This document shows, piece by piece, positions 19,621 through 30,927 of a stretch of 64,000 nt of DNA. The notes under the pieces are model-generated. The model was given only the letters and a program-made list of their open reading frames with translations. It ran no database searches and had not been told where the DNA came from. How positions within the stretch are numbered: position 1 is the stretch's first letter; each line of letters opens with the position of its first letter. The position numbers and the translations under genes were made by a program. The DNA is from an uncultured Actinomycetota bacterium (GTDB taxonomy: Bacteria > Actinomycetota > Thermoleophilia > RBG-16-64-13), in the NCBI GenBank assembly GCA_963822135.1, contig CAWGGI010000007.1:7950-71949 (forward strand), read 5' to 3'.

Positions 19621-22600
19621 CTATTGGACTGTCACTGCCCGGCCCAAGGTTTCCCCGCGCCAGTCCGGCGTGTAGTACGAGTAAGCGCTCGAGACCGTTC
19701 CCTTGGCTTTCACCGGGTACAGCGCCCGCGCCTGGAACGAGAAGCTCACCTTGTCACCCGGGTCCATATCCTCGATGTAGACGATCACTTTGCGCCCAGC
19801 CACGTCGTAGCGCTTGACCCCGGGCTGCTCGAGCAGCTTGGCGAGCGATTCGTCCACCGCTGCGAAGCCGGTGGGCACCGAGATGTCGACGACCACCATG
19901 CCGGCCTTGATGGGCTCCGGCGGATTGAAGGTCACGGTCGCATCGATATCGATCAGGTCGTTCACCGCCACCTGGGCCGTGTTGTAATCCACATCGATGT
20001 CGAAGACGCTCGCGATCTTCTCCGCCTCGGGCAGGTTGTAGCGGAGGACTCCCTGAACCACTGCCTCGCCCTTGCCCTTGGCGGCCAGTTCCACCGGCAC
20101 GCCGGCGGGGACCTCGATCACCTGGGTCACATCGAAGTTGTCGGGAGAGATCCGCACCTCTTTCGATGTCCTTCCGGCCTTGATGGTCACCGTCATGTCG
20201 GTGTCGGTGGCGCTCATGGTCGCGTACTCGGTCAGGGCTTGCAGGGCCACGACGGTATCCTGAGTCGAGCCGAAGCCGCCTGAACTGTTGCGCTGTCCAA
20301 CCAGCCATTTGGCCGATCGGGAGGCGTTCATGCGGTCACCGGCTTCGATGAGCGCCAGTGTGCCGTATCCCGTGGCTTCGATATCCAGGCTGGGGATCAG
20401 GTCCATCGGCGGCATCATGTCGGGCTGCGCCTCGATCGGCGGGGCGCCTTCCGCGCCGCCGACAACGCCACCTTCATCGTAGGGCTTGGGTTCGCCCGAT
20501 CCGCTGCTCCAATGCAGCCCGTTCTCGTCCTCGATGGCAGCGTCCATGAGCTTGTCCATAGCCTGCGGCGCCTTCTCGCTGTTTGCCAGTTCGAGCGCGT
20601 ATGTCGCCAAGGCGAGGGCATACGGATCGTCCATGGCGCTCACCCGGCCCTCGAGGTAGCCGATGGCCTTGTCGGCGGCGGTCTGCTGGTCCGCTTCAAG
20701 CAGAGCGATGGCTACGTACGCGGTGAGAGTGTCTTTGCCGGTGACCCCTCCCATCATGTCCTGGTGATGAACGAAGCCCACGGCCTCGAACGAGCCGTCG
20801 CTCTGCTGGTGCGAAGTGATCCATGCGGCCGCCTCGGAAAGGATGGCCTCATCGATGAAGGTGAGGTCTTTCGCCTGCGAGAAGGTCTTGAGCACGAACG
20901 CAGTCAGCCACAGGCTCCCGGACTCGTCCTGCTCACCGAATGCCGAGAAGCTGCCGTCGTTGTGGCGGTAGGTCAGCTCGCGCTGGTAGCCGGTGATGAG
21001 CAGCATCTCGGCCTTGGCCTGGATCTCGGGCTTGAGCTGCCTCGTGCCCTGGAGATACTTGAGGATGAAGGTGTCGGGGGCAAAGAGGATCATGTTCTGC
21101 TCGCCGCATCCGAAGGGCATCTGCAGGAGCTGATCGAGCCCTTCGATGGTCTGGGCCAGTAGACTGCCGGTGACGGCCACATACGCCCTCTCAGAGTCGG
21201 GGACCACTCCCAGTCGGGGCAGAACCAGTTCCAGGATCCGCGACGAGCCGGCGGGGATCACAAGGTTCTCCACAGCCTCCCTGGCCACGCCTTCCGGCTC
21301 CACGATCATGCTCTTGTTGACGGCGTCGGCAGCTTCGGAGCTGCGCGCGGTCACCTTGAGGAGCTGGGTACCGATACTCGTGGGACGGATCTTGAACTCG
21401 GCGCTCCCCACCTCGTTGGGGGCCACGGTCACCGTCACGCTGGTCTCGTCGAGAAGCTCGAACCATGGGGCGGCTTCCAGATCCACCTGGATCCTCTGCT
21501 CTGTATCCAAGTAGTTGTAGAGGGCGATCTTGACGGGGAACTCTTCCCCGCGGATGGACGAATAAGGCAGGTCGGCCTGCAGGAAGAAGGGCTGAAACAC
21601 GCGGAGGGATGTCTCCGAGATGCCAAGACCCTTGTCCGGAGACACGGCCACGGCCCGCAGGTCCCAGGTGGTGATGGAGTCGGGGGCCTCGACGTCGAGG
21701 GTCGCCTCGCCCCCACCGTCGGTAAGCGTCTCCTCCCAGATCCAGGTCTCGGGGAAGAACTGCCTCACCCGCTGGACCTCGACCAGGTCGCCCGGCCCCT
21801 TTATCGCCGGAGGACCCGCCGCGCCGGCGGTGGTGGAGGTCGCGCCGGCCGCCCGCATGGGCATGGCCTCTTCGACTCCCATCACGCCGTCGAACATCAT
21901 CTGGGGTTGCTCTATTTCCTTGCCCTGCGGCACCTTCTTGTCGGACAGCACGATCAGGCCCGCATCCTTGAAGGTGTCCTCGGCTCCGGGGATCAGCAGG
22001 GGACCACCCATCCATTCCCCCTCGTGCAACTCCGCCTGCGGCTGCATGTAGAGGGCCTCCAGCTCGGCGAATACCTGCTCGAGATTGAGCCGGTTCTCGG
22101 CAAGGATGAACACGGACCGGTCGACGGCCACCAGACCCACCTTCGCCCGTCCCTCGGTCTCCACCCGGACTTCAACCTTGTCTCCCGGCCTCGCTTCCTC
22201 GGTATCGAACGTCGCGCTCACCTTGTGCGGGTACTCGCCCTTCACGTCGAACGGGATGGCGTCGGCCGCGACCTCGCTGTTGGGCAGGATCTGATAGACC
22301 AGCAGGCGCGCAGAGGGCGCCATGGCCGGGGTGACCTTGAAGGCGATCTCGTCGGCACTGGTGCCGGTGAAGACCACTCGGCCGCGCGACACGACCTCGT
22401 AGTAGAAGTGCCGGGCTTCAGCGGTAGACACCACGCCGAACCGCGCCGTGTCGCCGACTTCCAGCGCCGGTGTCCCCCTCTGCTGGACGTGGATGAAGTT
22501 GCCCGATGGCGAATAGGCGGATGTCAGCTCCTTGTAGCTGCCGGCGTCGCCCGATGAGGCGTAGATCTGCATGCGAACGGCCTTGCTGGGCGGATCGAGG

Positions 22601-23820
22601 CGCAGAAGCGCCGTGCCCCGCTTTGTCGCGATCGACTTGTTCTCCCTGCCCACCTGCTCGAAGTCGTCGTCCAGGTAAGTCACCTCGATGTTGACGAGGG
22701 CCTCGACGGGTTCCCCGCCGGGCGTCTCCGTCACCAGCAGCACCCCAAAGGGTAGAGTGGGCTTGAACGCGGAGCTCTCGGGGATCAGCTGGATGTTCAC
22801 GGGCGTGGCCGCCACGGTGATGAGTTCGGTGGTCTTCTGCTCGTAGCCGGTTGAGGTCTCGCTCACCGTGATGTCGAGCCTGACATTGCCCAGACCTCCC
22901 GCTTCGGGCACGCCGGCCACGTAGCCCGGAGCCTTGATGCGGAAGTCACCCTGGCCGTCGATGTCGGCCCTGAAGGTCGCGTACTCCTCCCATTCGCCCA
23001 CATATCGCGAGGCCACCACTTTGAGCTCGCCCTTCACCACGCGACCGAAGCTATATGTCGCCGAGACGTGGCCGGTGATGGGCTCGCCCACCAGGAACCA
23101 GTCCTTTGTCAGCTCCGCCTTCACTTCGTACTTGGGCAGGACGTATTCCTCGACGCGGACGTCGAGTTCGGTGGAGGCTTCACCCGCCGCCGTTCCTCCG
23201 CCCGTCGTGACGCGAAGCTTCCACACGCCCAAGTTGGGCTCCGTGGAGAGCGGGAGTTCGATGGTGGCCATGCCGTACTCGTCGGTGTCCACCGTCTTCT
23301 TGAACACCTTGATGGCTTTGGCGTCCTGGATCTCGATGATTGCCTGGGTCGATACCGGCTTGAGCTCAGAATCGAGAGCCACCAGCCGCACGTGGATGGT
23401 CTGCCCCGGTTTGTAGATGGGCTTGTCGCTCTCCAAGAAAAGGAGCGTGCCGGGTTGTATCTGGACCGCCGTCGTCTCGGCGAAGCCCTGACCGGCTACC
23501 TTGACCCGATACTCACCGGGTGCCACCGTGGGGATCTCCAGCGTGAGGGTGCCCTTGCCGTCGACATCCCCCCGGGTCGACGCGAGGACGGTCTTGCCCT
23601 CGCCGAGGACCGACACGGTGACCTCGCTCTCGGCAAGGTCCTCCCCCTTGAACAGCGTGAACGAGAACGAAGCCGTCTCTCCCGCGCGTAGAGTATCCGG
23701 CACCAGCGCCACATAGCCGTCGACGGCATCGGAAGCGCCGGGAGCGGACGTGCAGGCCAGCAACGCCACCAACATGAGCCCCGCAAGAGCGAACGGGGCG
23801 AGGACCTTCCAACCTTTCAT
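19621..23820 (-). CDS. alpha-2-macroglobulin family lipoprotein with thioester (bacterial A2M)
   Basis: Intact 1399-aa ORF behind GGAGGGG. Signal peptide with lipobox LLAC. FPETWIWEE motif after a Gly/Ala/Met-rich bait-like stretch. Thioester motif GCGEQNM, with CGEQ encoded at 21097-21108. Long MG-domain-like beta-rich repeats. Confidence 0.9.
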   Translation of the reverse strand: MKGWKVLAPFALAGLMLVALLACTSAPGASDAVDGYVALVPDTLRAGETASFSFTLFKGEDLAESEVTVSVLGEGKTVLASTRGDVDGKGTLTLEIPTVAPGEYRVKVAGQGFAETTAVQIQPGTLLFLESDKPIYKPGQTIHVRLVALDSELKPVSTQAIIEIQDAKAIKVFKKTVDTDEYGMATIELPLSTEPNLGVWKLRVTTGGGTAAGEASTELDVRVEEYVLPKYEVKAELTKDWFLVGEPITGHVSATYSFGRVVKGELKVVASRYVGEWEEYATFRADIDGQGDFRIKAPGYVAGVPEAGGLGNVRLDITVSETSTGYEQKTTELITVAATPVNIQLIPESSAFKPTLPFGVLLVTETPGGEPVEALVNIEVTYLDDDFEQVGRENKSIATKRGTALLRLDPPSKAVRMQIYASSGDAGSYKELTSAYSPSGNFIHVQQRGTPALEVGDTARFGVVSTAEARHFYYEVVSRGRVVFTGTSADEIAFKVTPAMAPSARLLVYQILPNSEVAADAIPFDVKGEYPHKVSATFDTEEARPGDKVEVRVETEGRAKVGLVAVDRSVFILAENRLNLEQVFAELEALYMQPQAELHEGEWMGGPLLIPGAEDTFKDAGLIVLSDKKVPQGKEIEQPQMMFDGVMGVEEAMPMRAAGATSTTAGAAGPPAIKGPGDLVEVQRVRQFFPETWIWEETLTDGGGEATLDVEAPDSITTWDLRAVAVSPDKGLGISETSLRVFQPFFLQADLPYSSIRGEEFPVKIALYNYLDTEQRIQVDLEAAPWFELLDETSVTVTVAPNEVGSAEFKIRPTSIGTQLLKVTARSSEAADAVNKSMIVEPEGVAREAVENLVIPAGSSRILELVLPRLGVVPDSERAYVAVTGSLLAQTIEGLDQLLQMPFGCGEQNMILFAPDTFILKYLQGTRQLKPEIQAKAEMLLITGYQRELTYRHNDGSFSAFGEQDESGSLWLTAFVLKTFSQAKDLTFIDEAILSEAAAWITSHQQSDGSFEAVGFVHHQDMMGGVTGKDTLTAYVAIALLEADQQTAADKAIGYLEGRVSAMDDPYALALATYALELANSEKAPQAMDKLMDAAIEDENGLHWSSGSGEPKPYDEGGVVGGAEGAPPIEAQPDMMPPMDLIPSLDIEATGYGTLALIEAGDRMNASRSAKWLVGQRNSSGGFGSTQDTVVALQALTEYATMSATDTDMTVTIKAGRTSKEVRISPDNFDVTQVIEVPAGVPVELAAKGKGEAVVQGVLRYNLPEAEKIASVFDIDVDYNTAQVAVNDLIDIDATVTFNPPEPIKAGMVVVDISVPTGFAAVDESLAKLLEQPGVKRYDVAGRKVIVYIEDMDPGDKVSFSFQARALYPVKAKGTVSSAYSYYTPDWRGETLGRAVTVQ

Positions 23821-23925
23821 GGCACCCCTCCATCCGGTTTGGAATGCCCCTCAGACCCCGCCATGCGGAGCAAGGTTCCGGAGGCGCACCGGATAGAGGG
23901 CGGTCGCGCCGATCGCCGCCTGCCT

Positions 23926-24384
23926 TCAGCGAGGGCCGTCTGCCTCCGGCCGGCCCTCCCGGTGGGTGGCTTCACGGGGCGCGGATTCGCGGTGGGCACT
24001 GATATCCCACTCGCCCCAACGGCGCACGATCCTCCCTCCCCGTACCTCGATTATCTCGATGCCGGCGAAGGGTGTCGGCCGGTCGGTGGGGCCGATGCCC
24101 AGGAAGCGGCGGCGATTCGTGCCCAGAGCCGACCAGCGCACGGCTACACGCGAGGAGTCCACGTCGACCACCAGGTCGTCCACCCGGGTCTGAAGATCGG
24201 GAAACGCCCGCATGAGGTCTGCCAGCCCCGCGGCGAAAGCAGCCTTGGTCGTTTCCCGGCCGGCAGCCGAGCAGTCCTCGAAATCCTCGGCGTGAAGGCG
24301 GTCGAACAGCTCCCAGTCGACGGGAACGCACCATAACGAGATCCAGGCCCCGGCAAGGGCCTCGAGTTCGGAGCGGCCGGTCAT
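23926..24384 (-). CDS. SnoaL-like / NTF2-fold protein (predicted ester cyclase family)
   Basis: 152-aa ORF starting 10 nt after the sigH stop. ..AFAAGLADLMRAFPDLQTRVDDLVVD..VAVRWSALGT..GIEIIEVRGGRIVRRWGEWD matches the SnoaL-like pattern. Confidence 0.55.
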   Translation of the reverse strand: MTGRSELEALAGAWISLWCVPVDWELFDRLHAEDFEDCSAAGRETTKAAFAAGLADLMRAFPDLQTRVDDLVVDVDSSRVAVRWSALGTNRRRFLGIGPTDRPTPFAGIEIIEVRGGRIVRRWGEWDISAHRESAPREATHREGRPEADGPR

Positions 24385-24394
24385 GCCGCCGGTC

Positions 24395-25063
24395 CTACAG
24401 GAGGACCCGCCGGCTCTCCAGATGCAGCGTCACCTTGCGCTTGATGCGCTGCAAGGCGTTGTCCACGGTCTTGGTGTCGTGGCTGATGTGCGCGGCGATG
24501 GCCTCGTAGGAGTTGCCCTCCAGGTAGTACTTGAGGACCTTCGACTCCAGTGGGCTCAGCAGCCGCACCAGGCAATCGGTGAGGCTCAGCACTTCTTCGG
24601 AGCTGATGACCTGCTGCACCGGGTCGCTGGTCCGGCCGGCCGGGATCATGTCCGCGAGGGTGCGGGTGTCGTAGTCGGAGCTCGCAGGCGAATGGCTGAA
24701 GCTGATATAGGTGTTGAGCGGCAGGTGCTTCTGCCGGGAGGCGGTCTTGATGGCGGTGATGATCTGCCGGGTCACGCACAACTCGGCGAAGCTGCGAAAG
24801 CTCGTGCTGCGACCGTATTCGTAGTCGCGGATGGCCTTGTACAGGCCGATGTACCCTTCTTGGATAAGGTCGTCGCCGTCACCCCCGGCGAGGAAATACG
24901 AATTCGCCTTCATGCGGACGAACTGGTGATAACGAGTGAGGATGCGCCTCGTGGCCTCTTCGTCCCCGGTCTTGGCGACGGCTACGAGCTCCTCGTCGGT
25001 CCACTCGGTTACAGCCTTCTCGGCCGCCTTCCTTGCGAACACCGCGTTGTCCATCGCCCTCAC
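24395..25063 (-). CDS. sigH: RNA polymerase sigma factor SigH (sigma-30 type)
   Basis: ..DLIQEGYIGLYKAIRDY..SFRSFAELCVTRQIITAIKTASRQKHLPLNTY.. and C-terminal ..TKTVDNALQRIKRKV closely parallel B. subtilis SigH (FAELCITRQIITAIKTATRQKH, SIDNALQRVKRKL). Position after rlmB-yacP as in Bacillus. Confidence 0.9.
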   Translation of the reverse strand: MRAMDNAVFARKAAEKAVTEWTDEELVAVAKTGDEEATRRILTRYHQFVRMKANSYFLAGGDGDDLIQEGYIGLYKAIRDYEYGRSTSFRSFAELCVTRQIITAIKTASRQKHLPLNTYISFSHSPASSDYDTRTLADMIPAGRTSDPVQQVISSEEVLSLTDCLVRLLSPLESKVLKYYLEGNSYEAIAAHISHDTKTVDNALQRIKRKVTLHLESRRVLL

Positions 25064-25078
25064 CCCTCCGGACTAGAG

Positions 25079-25658
25079 TCACGGATCAGGTATCGATCCC
25101 GGGCCTCCCCCCGCCTCTCTCTTCGGGCCTCGCCTGCAATGATCGCGCAGCGCCTTGAGCTGGTCCACGGTCTCGGGGTCGACCCTGTCCTCCACCCGAT
25201 GACTCATTGTAATGCAATTCTGAGAAATTGCAATCCTTTTTGTTTCCTCTTGCAAGTCGGCGACAAACTGGCGCGAGGAACGCCGGATGACGTTGGGGCG
25301 AAAGATGGTCTTCTGGAGCTCGTAGTCGGACGACCACGACGATCACTCTTTCCCCTGCGCTAAGTGCATAAACCTCCCTCTCGATGATGCTGTCGGCGGA
25401 GCGGGAAAACGACCCGAAGTACACCTCCACATTGGCAGTTGCACTCTCTTGCTTTTGCAACAATTGGGCGTGAGAATCGAACACCACGATGGCCCGGTCC
25501 GAGCTGCCGCCCATGTAGCTGGCTATGCGGTCGATGAGGCGCTTGCGCTCGTCCTCCAGATCGGCCGTACCGGCCGATCCCTGCCTGCCTCTGCTCAGCG
25601 GCTTGTGGCCCATTAGCTGGTGCAGCACGTTGTACCCGTCGATGAGATAGACGGTCAT
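25079..25658 (-). pseudogene. NYN-domain ribonuclease YacP/Rae1-like, one frameshift as sequenced
   Basis: MTVYLIDGYNVLHQL.. ..AIVVFDSH.. ..VYFGSFSRSADSIIERE.., then after a frame change near 25335 SSDYELQKTIFRPNVIRRSSRQFVADLQEE... ATG overlaps the rlmB stop (ATGA). Confidence 0.75.
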
Positions 25659-26571
25659 GAGATCCCACCGTCCGTCGTCTCGCGCTGCCGCAACGCCTCG
25701 TACAGCAGGATTCCCGTGGAGACGCTCACGTTCAGCGACCCACCTCGCCCTTGAGGGGCAGACTGATCTGCACGTCGCAGAGCGACGCCACCCTCTTACC
25801 CAGACCCCGGCCTTCCGACCCCAGCACGAAGCAGGTGGGGTACCGGTAGTCTTGGGCGGTGTACAGGTCCCGCCCTCCGGCCTCCGCCCCGTAGATCCAG
25901 AAGCCAGCCTTCTTAGCCGCCGACAGGAAGTCCGCGAGGTTACGGACCTGAGCGATAGAGGCGTGCTCGGTCGCTCCCGCGGAGGCTTTGACGACTGCCG
26001 GAGTGACCTCGGCCGCTCGATGCCTGGGTATCACCACTCCCGCACCCGCTGCCTCGGCCGTCCGGATGATGGCGCCCAGGTTGTGAGGGTCCTGCACTTC
26101 GTCCAGGGCGACCACGAGGGTGAAGCGCTGCAAGAGTCCCTCGGGGTCCAGGTAAGGATAGGGATCGACCCCGGCAACGATACCCTGATGGTCCGGGCTG
26201 CCGGCCAGAGAGGTCAGTTGGAGCGAGGTGGCGCGACGTAAGTCCGGCCTCGGGCCCGAGTTCTCAGCCATCCACCCGTCGAGGGTCGCATCGAGGTCAT
26301 CTCCGGCGCCCTCGGTGGAAAGCCACACCAGGCGCACGCGGCGACGTCCCCTGAGCGCCTCCCTGACCGGGTTGCGCCCGTAGATGAGCACCATCCCCTC
26401 AGGAGGGTGATCCGCGCCGCCGGCTGCCGGCGCCCTGCCTCTTCGAGAACCGGCCGCTCCAGGGCTCTCGACTCCGTGACGGGTGGCATGAGCGCCGCCA
26501 CTGCCCCCGGGGCCGGCGCGCGTGAGAACCTCCGCGGCCGGCGCTGCCGCTGGTAGTCCGTGAGCCTGCAT
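25655..26571 (-). pseudogene. rlmB: 23S rRNA (guanosine-2'-O)-methyltransferase RlmB (TrmH/SpoU family), frameshift near 3' end
   Basis: ..LIYGRNPVREAL.. ..LVVALDEVQDPHNLGAIIRTAEAAGA.. ..FVLGSEGRGL... Tail restored one base out of frame as SLNVSVSTGILLYEALRQR. N-terminal Gly/Ala/Arg-rich extension is of uncertain reality. Confidence 0.8.
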
Positions 26572-26627
26572 GACCCTGCGGCGCGCGCCGCTCCTTCTCG
26601 GTCCGCTCCCCCGGCCGGCGGGGCGGC

Positions 26628-28057
<1,430 letters not shown>

Positions 28058-28069
28058 AGAATTGGTCTC

Positions 28070-29542
28070 CTAGAGGGTGGGGTCTTCCCAGCGAGCGGCG
28101 TAGCGTGAGGCGGCCTCGAGCCGGCTGAGGATACGGCTCCTGCCCAAGCCGCCGACCAGATAGTACAGCTCGGGTCCCTCATCGCGGCCGGAGAGAGCCA
28201 CCCGGAGCGGCTGATAGATGGACTTGCCTTTGATCCCCTGCTCCTTGGCCGCTTCCACCACTCCGCGCAGCAGCTCGCGCGCTTCCTGCGTGGGCAGATA
28301 CTCCGCGGGCATGGCCGCGAACCTCTCCTGGGCCAAGCGGAACAACCTCGGCGTCCCGGGGGCGAGCAGAGCAGGCGCCGCCAGGCACGTCCCGGGGTCG
28401 GCTTCCTCGACGAACACCTCGGCGAAACGGGGTGCGTCGCCCAGCACCACCAGATTGGACTGGATCGCTTCGGCCACCACCTCCTTCTGGATGGGGGCCA
28501 GCACAATGCCCGCCTCCAGCAGGTAGGGGGCGACATGTTCGCATAGCTCAGCCGGGGACAGTTCGCGAATGTAGAGCCCGTTGAGCCAGTTGAGCTTCTG
28601 GATGTCGAATATCGCGGGGCTCTTGGAGACCCTGCCCAGCTCGAACTCGGCTATCAGCTCGGCGAGCGAGAACTTCTCCCGCTCGTCGGCCGGATGCCAG
28701 CTCAAGAGCGCCAGGTAGTTCACGATAGCTGCCGACAGGTAGCCCAAGGCTTTGAAATCACCGATGGACGTGGCTCCGTGCCGCTTGGACAGTTTGCTGC
28801 CGTCGGGAGCCAGGATCAGCGAGTGGTGGCCGTAGCGGGGGGCGGGCCTGCCCAAGGCTGCGAACAGCATCATCTGCCGCGCAGTGTTGGTGATGTGGTC
28901 TTCTCCCCGGATGACGTCGGTGATCTCCATGCCCGCGTCGTCTACGACCACCGCGAAGTTGTAGGAGTAGCCGCCGTCGGTGCGCTTGATGATGAAGTCG
29001 CCGATGACATCGGACGTGAACGTTATGGGACCGTGAATGAGATCGTCGAAAGTCACGTCGCCCTCAGGGACCCTGAAGCGGATGGCCGCTTCCTCCCCGC
29101 CGGCGAGCCGGCTCTCTACCGCGTCGCCGGTCAGCGAGCAGCAGGAGCGATCGTACTTGGGCATCTCGCCGCGGGCCAGTTGTTGTTCCTTCTTCTGGTC
29201 CAGGAGCTCCTGCGGGCAGAAGCAGGGGTACGCCCAGCCGTCCGAGAGCAGCTTCTGCACGGCGGCTTCGTAGAGCCCGGCGCGTTCGCTCTGGCGGTAC
29301 GGACCGAAGGGACCGCCCACATCCGGGCCCTCGTCGGCCCGGAAGCCCAGCCACGACAGGTCGTTGATGATGCTGGAGTCGTGCTGCGTGGTGGAGCGCT
29401 TGAGATCGGTATCTTCGATGCGCAGCACCATGGTGCCCCGGTTATGACGGGCGTAGAGGAAGTTGTAGAGGGCGGTGCGGGCACTCCCCACGTGGAGCGA
29501 ACCGGTGGGGCTGGGAGCAAAGCGCACACGGACATCGGTCAT
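28070..29542 (-). CDS. gltX: glutamate--tRNA ligase
   Basis: RFAPSPTGSLHVGSARTALYN (HIGH-type), LSKRHG (KMSKS-type). Intact. ATG 29542 preferred over the longer ORF start at 29596. Confidence 0.9.
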   Translation of the reverse strand: MTDVRVRFAPSPTGSLHVGSARTALYNFLYARHNRGTMVLRIEDTDLKRSTTQHDSSIINDLSWLGFRADEGPDVGGPFGPYRQSERAGLYEAAVQKLLSDGWAYPCFCPQELLDQKKEQQLARGEMPKYDRSCCSLTGDAVESRLAGGEEAAIRFRVPEGDVTFDDLIHGPITFTSDVIGDFIIKRTDGGYSYNFAVVVDDAGMEITDVIRGEDHITNTARQMMLFAALGRPAPRYGHHSLILAPDGSKLSKRHGATSIGDFKALGYLSAAIVNYLALLSWHPADEREKFSLAELIAEFELGRVSKSPAIFDIQKLNWLNGLYIRELSPAELCEHVAPYLLEAGIVLAPIQKEVVAEAIQSNLVVLGDAPRFAEVFVEEADPGTCLAAPALLAPGTPRLFRLAQERFAAMPAEYLPTQEARELLRGVVEAAKEQGIKGKSIYQPLRVALSGRDEGPELYYLVGGLGRSRILSRLEAASRYAARWEDPTL

Positions 29543-29650
29543 CGTATCGGCACTCTTTCCTGCGTCGGCGACTCGTCTCCCGTCAGTTTGCCTCAATTCT
29601 GCCCGCGCGACGACCCGACCTCCCCGACCGGGCCTGGGATCGGCCGGGCT

Positions 29651-30181
29651 CTACGTCCGCTCCACCAGGGCCACCGCCTGAGCGGCGATGCCTTCGCCCC
29701 GCCCCGTGAAGCCCATGCCCTCCGTGGTGGTCCCCCGGATCCCCACGTCCTCCGCTTCGAGACCGAGAGCCGCCGCCATGCGCTCGCGCATCCGCGCCCG
29801 GTAGGGCGCGATGCGCGGCTGCTCGCAGATGACCACCGCATCCACGTTGACCGGTCGCCAGCCGCGGTCGCGCAGAAGCACGGCGACCGCCGCCAGTAGG
29901 TCGATGCTGTCCGCCCCGGCCAGGGTCGGGTCGGTGTCGGGGAAGTAGTGGCCGATGTCCTCCAGACCGGCAGCCCCGAGGAGCGCGTCCATCACGGCGT
30001 GCACCACTACGTCGGCATCACTGTGCCCGTGCAGCCCATCGTGTTCGCGCAATCTGACACCGCCAAGAACCAAGGCGCGTTCGGCCGCGAAACGGTGGGC
30101 GTCATAGCCGAGTCCCACCCTGAGGGTCCGGCCGCCGGCGTCCCGACCGGAGACGGCGGCGGGGTCGTCGCCCGCTCTCAC
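29651..30181 (-). CDS. ispF: 2-C-methyl-D-erythritol 2,4-cyclodiphosphate synthase
   Basis: GLGYDAHRF, GHSDADVVVHAVMDA, TTTEGMGFTG. GTG overlaps the ispD stop (GTGA). Confidence 0.9.
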   Translation of the reverse strand: MRAGDDPAAVSGRDAGGRTLRVGLGYDAHRFAAERALVLGGVRLREHDGLHGHSDADVVVHAVMDALLGAAGLEDIGHYFPDTDPTLAGADSIDLLAAVAVLLRDRGWRPVNVDAVVICEQPRIAPYRARMRERMAAALGLEAEDVGIRGTTTEGMGFTGRGEGIAAQAVALVERT

Positions 30182-30906
30182 CGGCGGCGCTCCGCCAGGA
30201 TCTGCTCGGCGCGCCGCAGATCCACCCGGTCGGTGATCTTGAAGTTCTCGGGCGAACCCTTGACCATGACCACACGGCCGCCGCCGGCCTCCACCAGAGT
30301 GGCGTCGTCGGTAGCGCTGACGAGCTCCTCCTCAGAGGCCTCGCTGTAGGCAGACATGAGGACGCTCCAACGGAAGATCTGGGGAGTCTGAGCGCGCCAG
30401 ATGGTCCTACGATCGGGCGTGTTCACCACCACTCCCCCATCATCGACGACCTTGATGGTGTCCGTGGAGGGAACGCCGAGGACGGCGCCCGCCAGCTGCT
30501 CGTCGGCAGCCAAGGTCTCCACCGCCCGGGTGACTTCCTCGCAGGTGATCAGCGGCCGGGCGCCATCGTGCACGCCTACGAGGTCCCACCTCCCGGCCTC
30601 GGCCAGGGCCGCGAGGCCGCTGCGCACCGATAATCCCCGTTCGTCTCCGCCCGGCGCCACCCTCACCACTTTGTCGATCAGTTCTTGGAAGATCTGGGAC
30701 TCGCAGTACTCCACGTCCTGGTTGTTGACAACAACCACAAGGGCATCCACCGCAGGACAGGAGGCAAGGGAGGTCAGAGTCCGCTGCAGCATTGGGATGC
30801 CAAGGAGAGGTACATACTGCTTGGGCAGCCCAGAATCGAGTCTGGTACCGTACCCGGCCGCCGCTACCACCAACGCCAAGCTGAGTCTCGAGCCCATTTC
30901 AGGCAT
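30178..30906 (-). CDS. ispD: 2-C-methyl-D-erythritol 4-phosphate cytidylyltransferase
   Basis: VVAAAGYGTRL..PKQY, ..VHDGARP.., ..RAQTPQIF... Confidence 0.9.
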   Translation of the reverse strand: MPEMGSRLSLALVVAAAGYGTRLDSGLPKQYVPLLGIPMLQRTLTSLASCPAVDALVVVVNNQDVEYCESQIFQELIDKVVRVAPGGDERGLSVRSGLAALAEAGRWDLVGVHDGARPLITCEEVTRAVETLAADEQLAGAVLGVPSTDTIKVVDDGGVVVNTPDRRTIWRAQTPQIFRWSVLMSAYSEASEEELVSATDDATLVEAGGGRVVMVKGSPENFKITDRVDLRRAEQILAERRR

Positions 30907-30927
30907 CTCCCTACCGACCGTAAGCGG

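Noticed and set aside
23821-23925. GGAACC..TTGCT and GGAAC-N17-GGTCT strings upstream of the A2M gene, as sigma-54 or ECF-sigma promoter candidates.
   Set aside because: The spacing between the GG and GC elements does not fit the -24/-12 geometry. The ECF-like match rests on one pentamer only. There is not enough to call.
25732-26571. The Gly/Ala/Arg-rich 59-aa N-terminal extension of the rlmB ORF, and similar long N-terminal extensions of the tilS, gltX, ispF, folE and GNAT ORFs, as possible novel domains.
   Set aside because: These are most simply explained by the lack of stop codons upstream of the true start in GC-rich DNA. Internal starts with better RBSs exist for most. Only rlmB may genuinely carry an extension, as in some high-GC bacteria, and that cannot be decided from the sequence.
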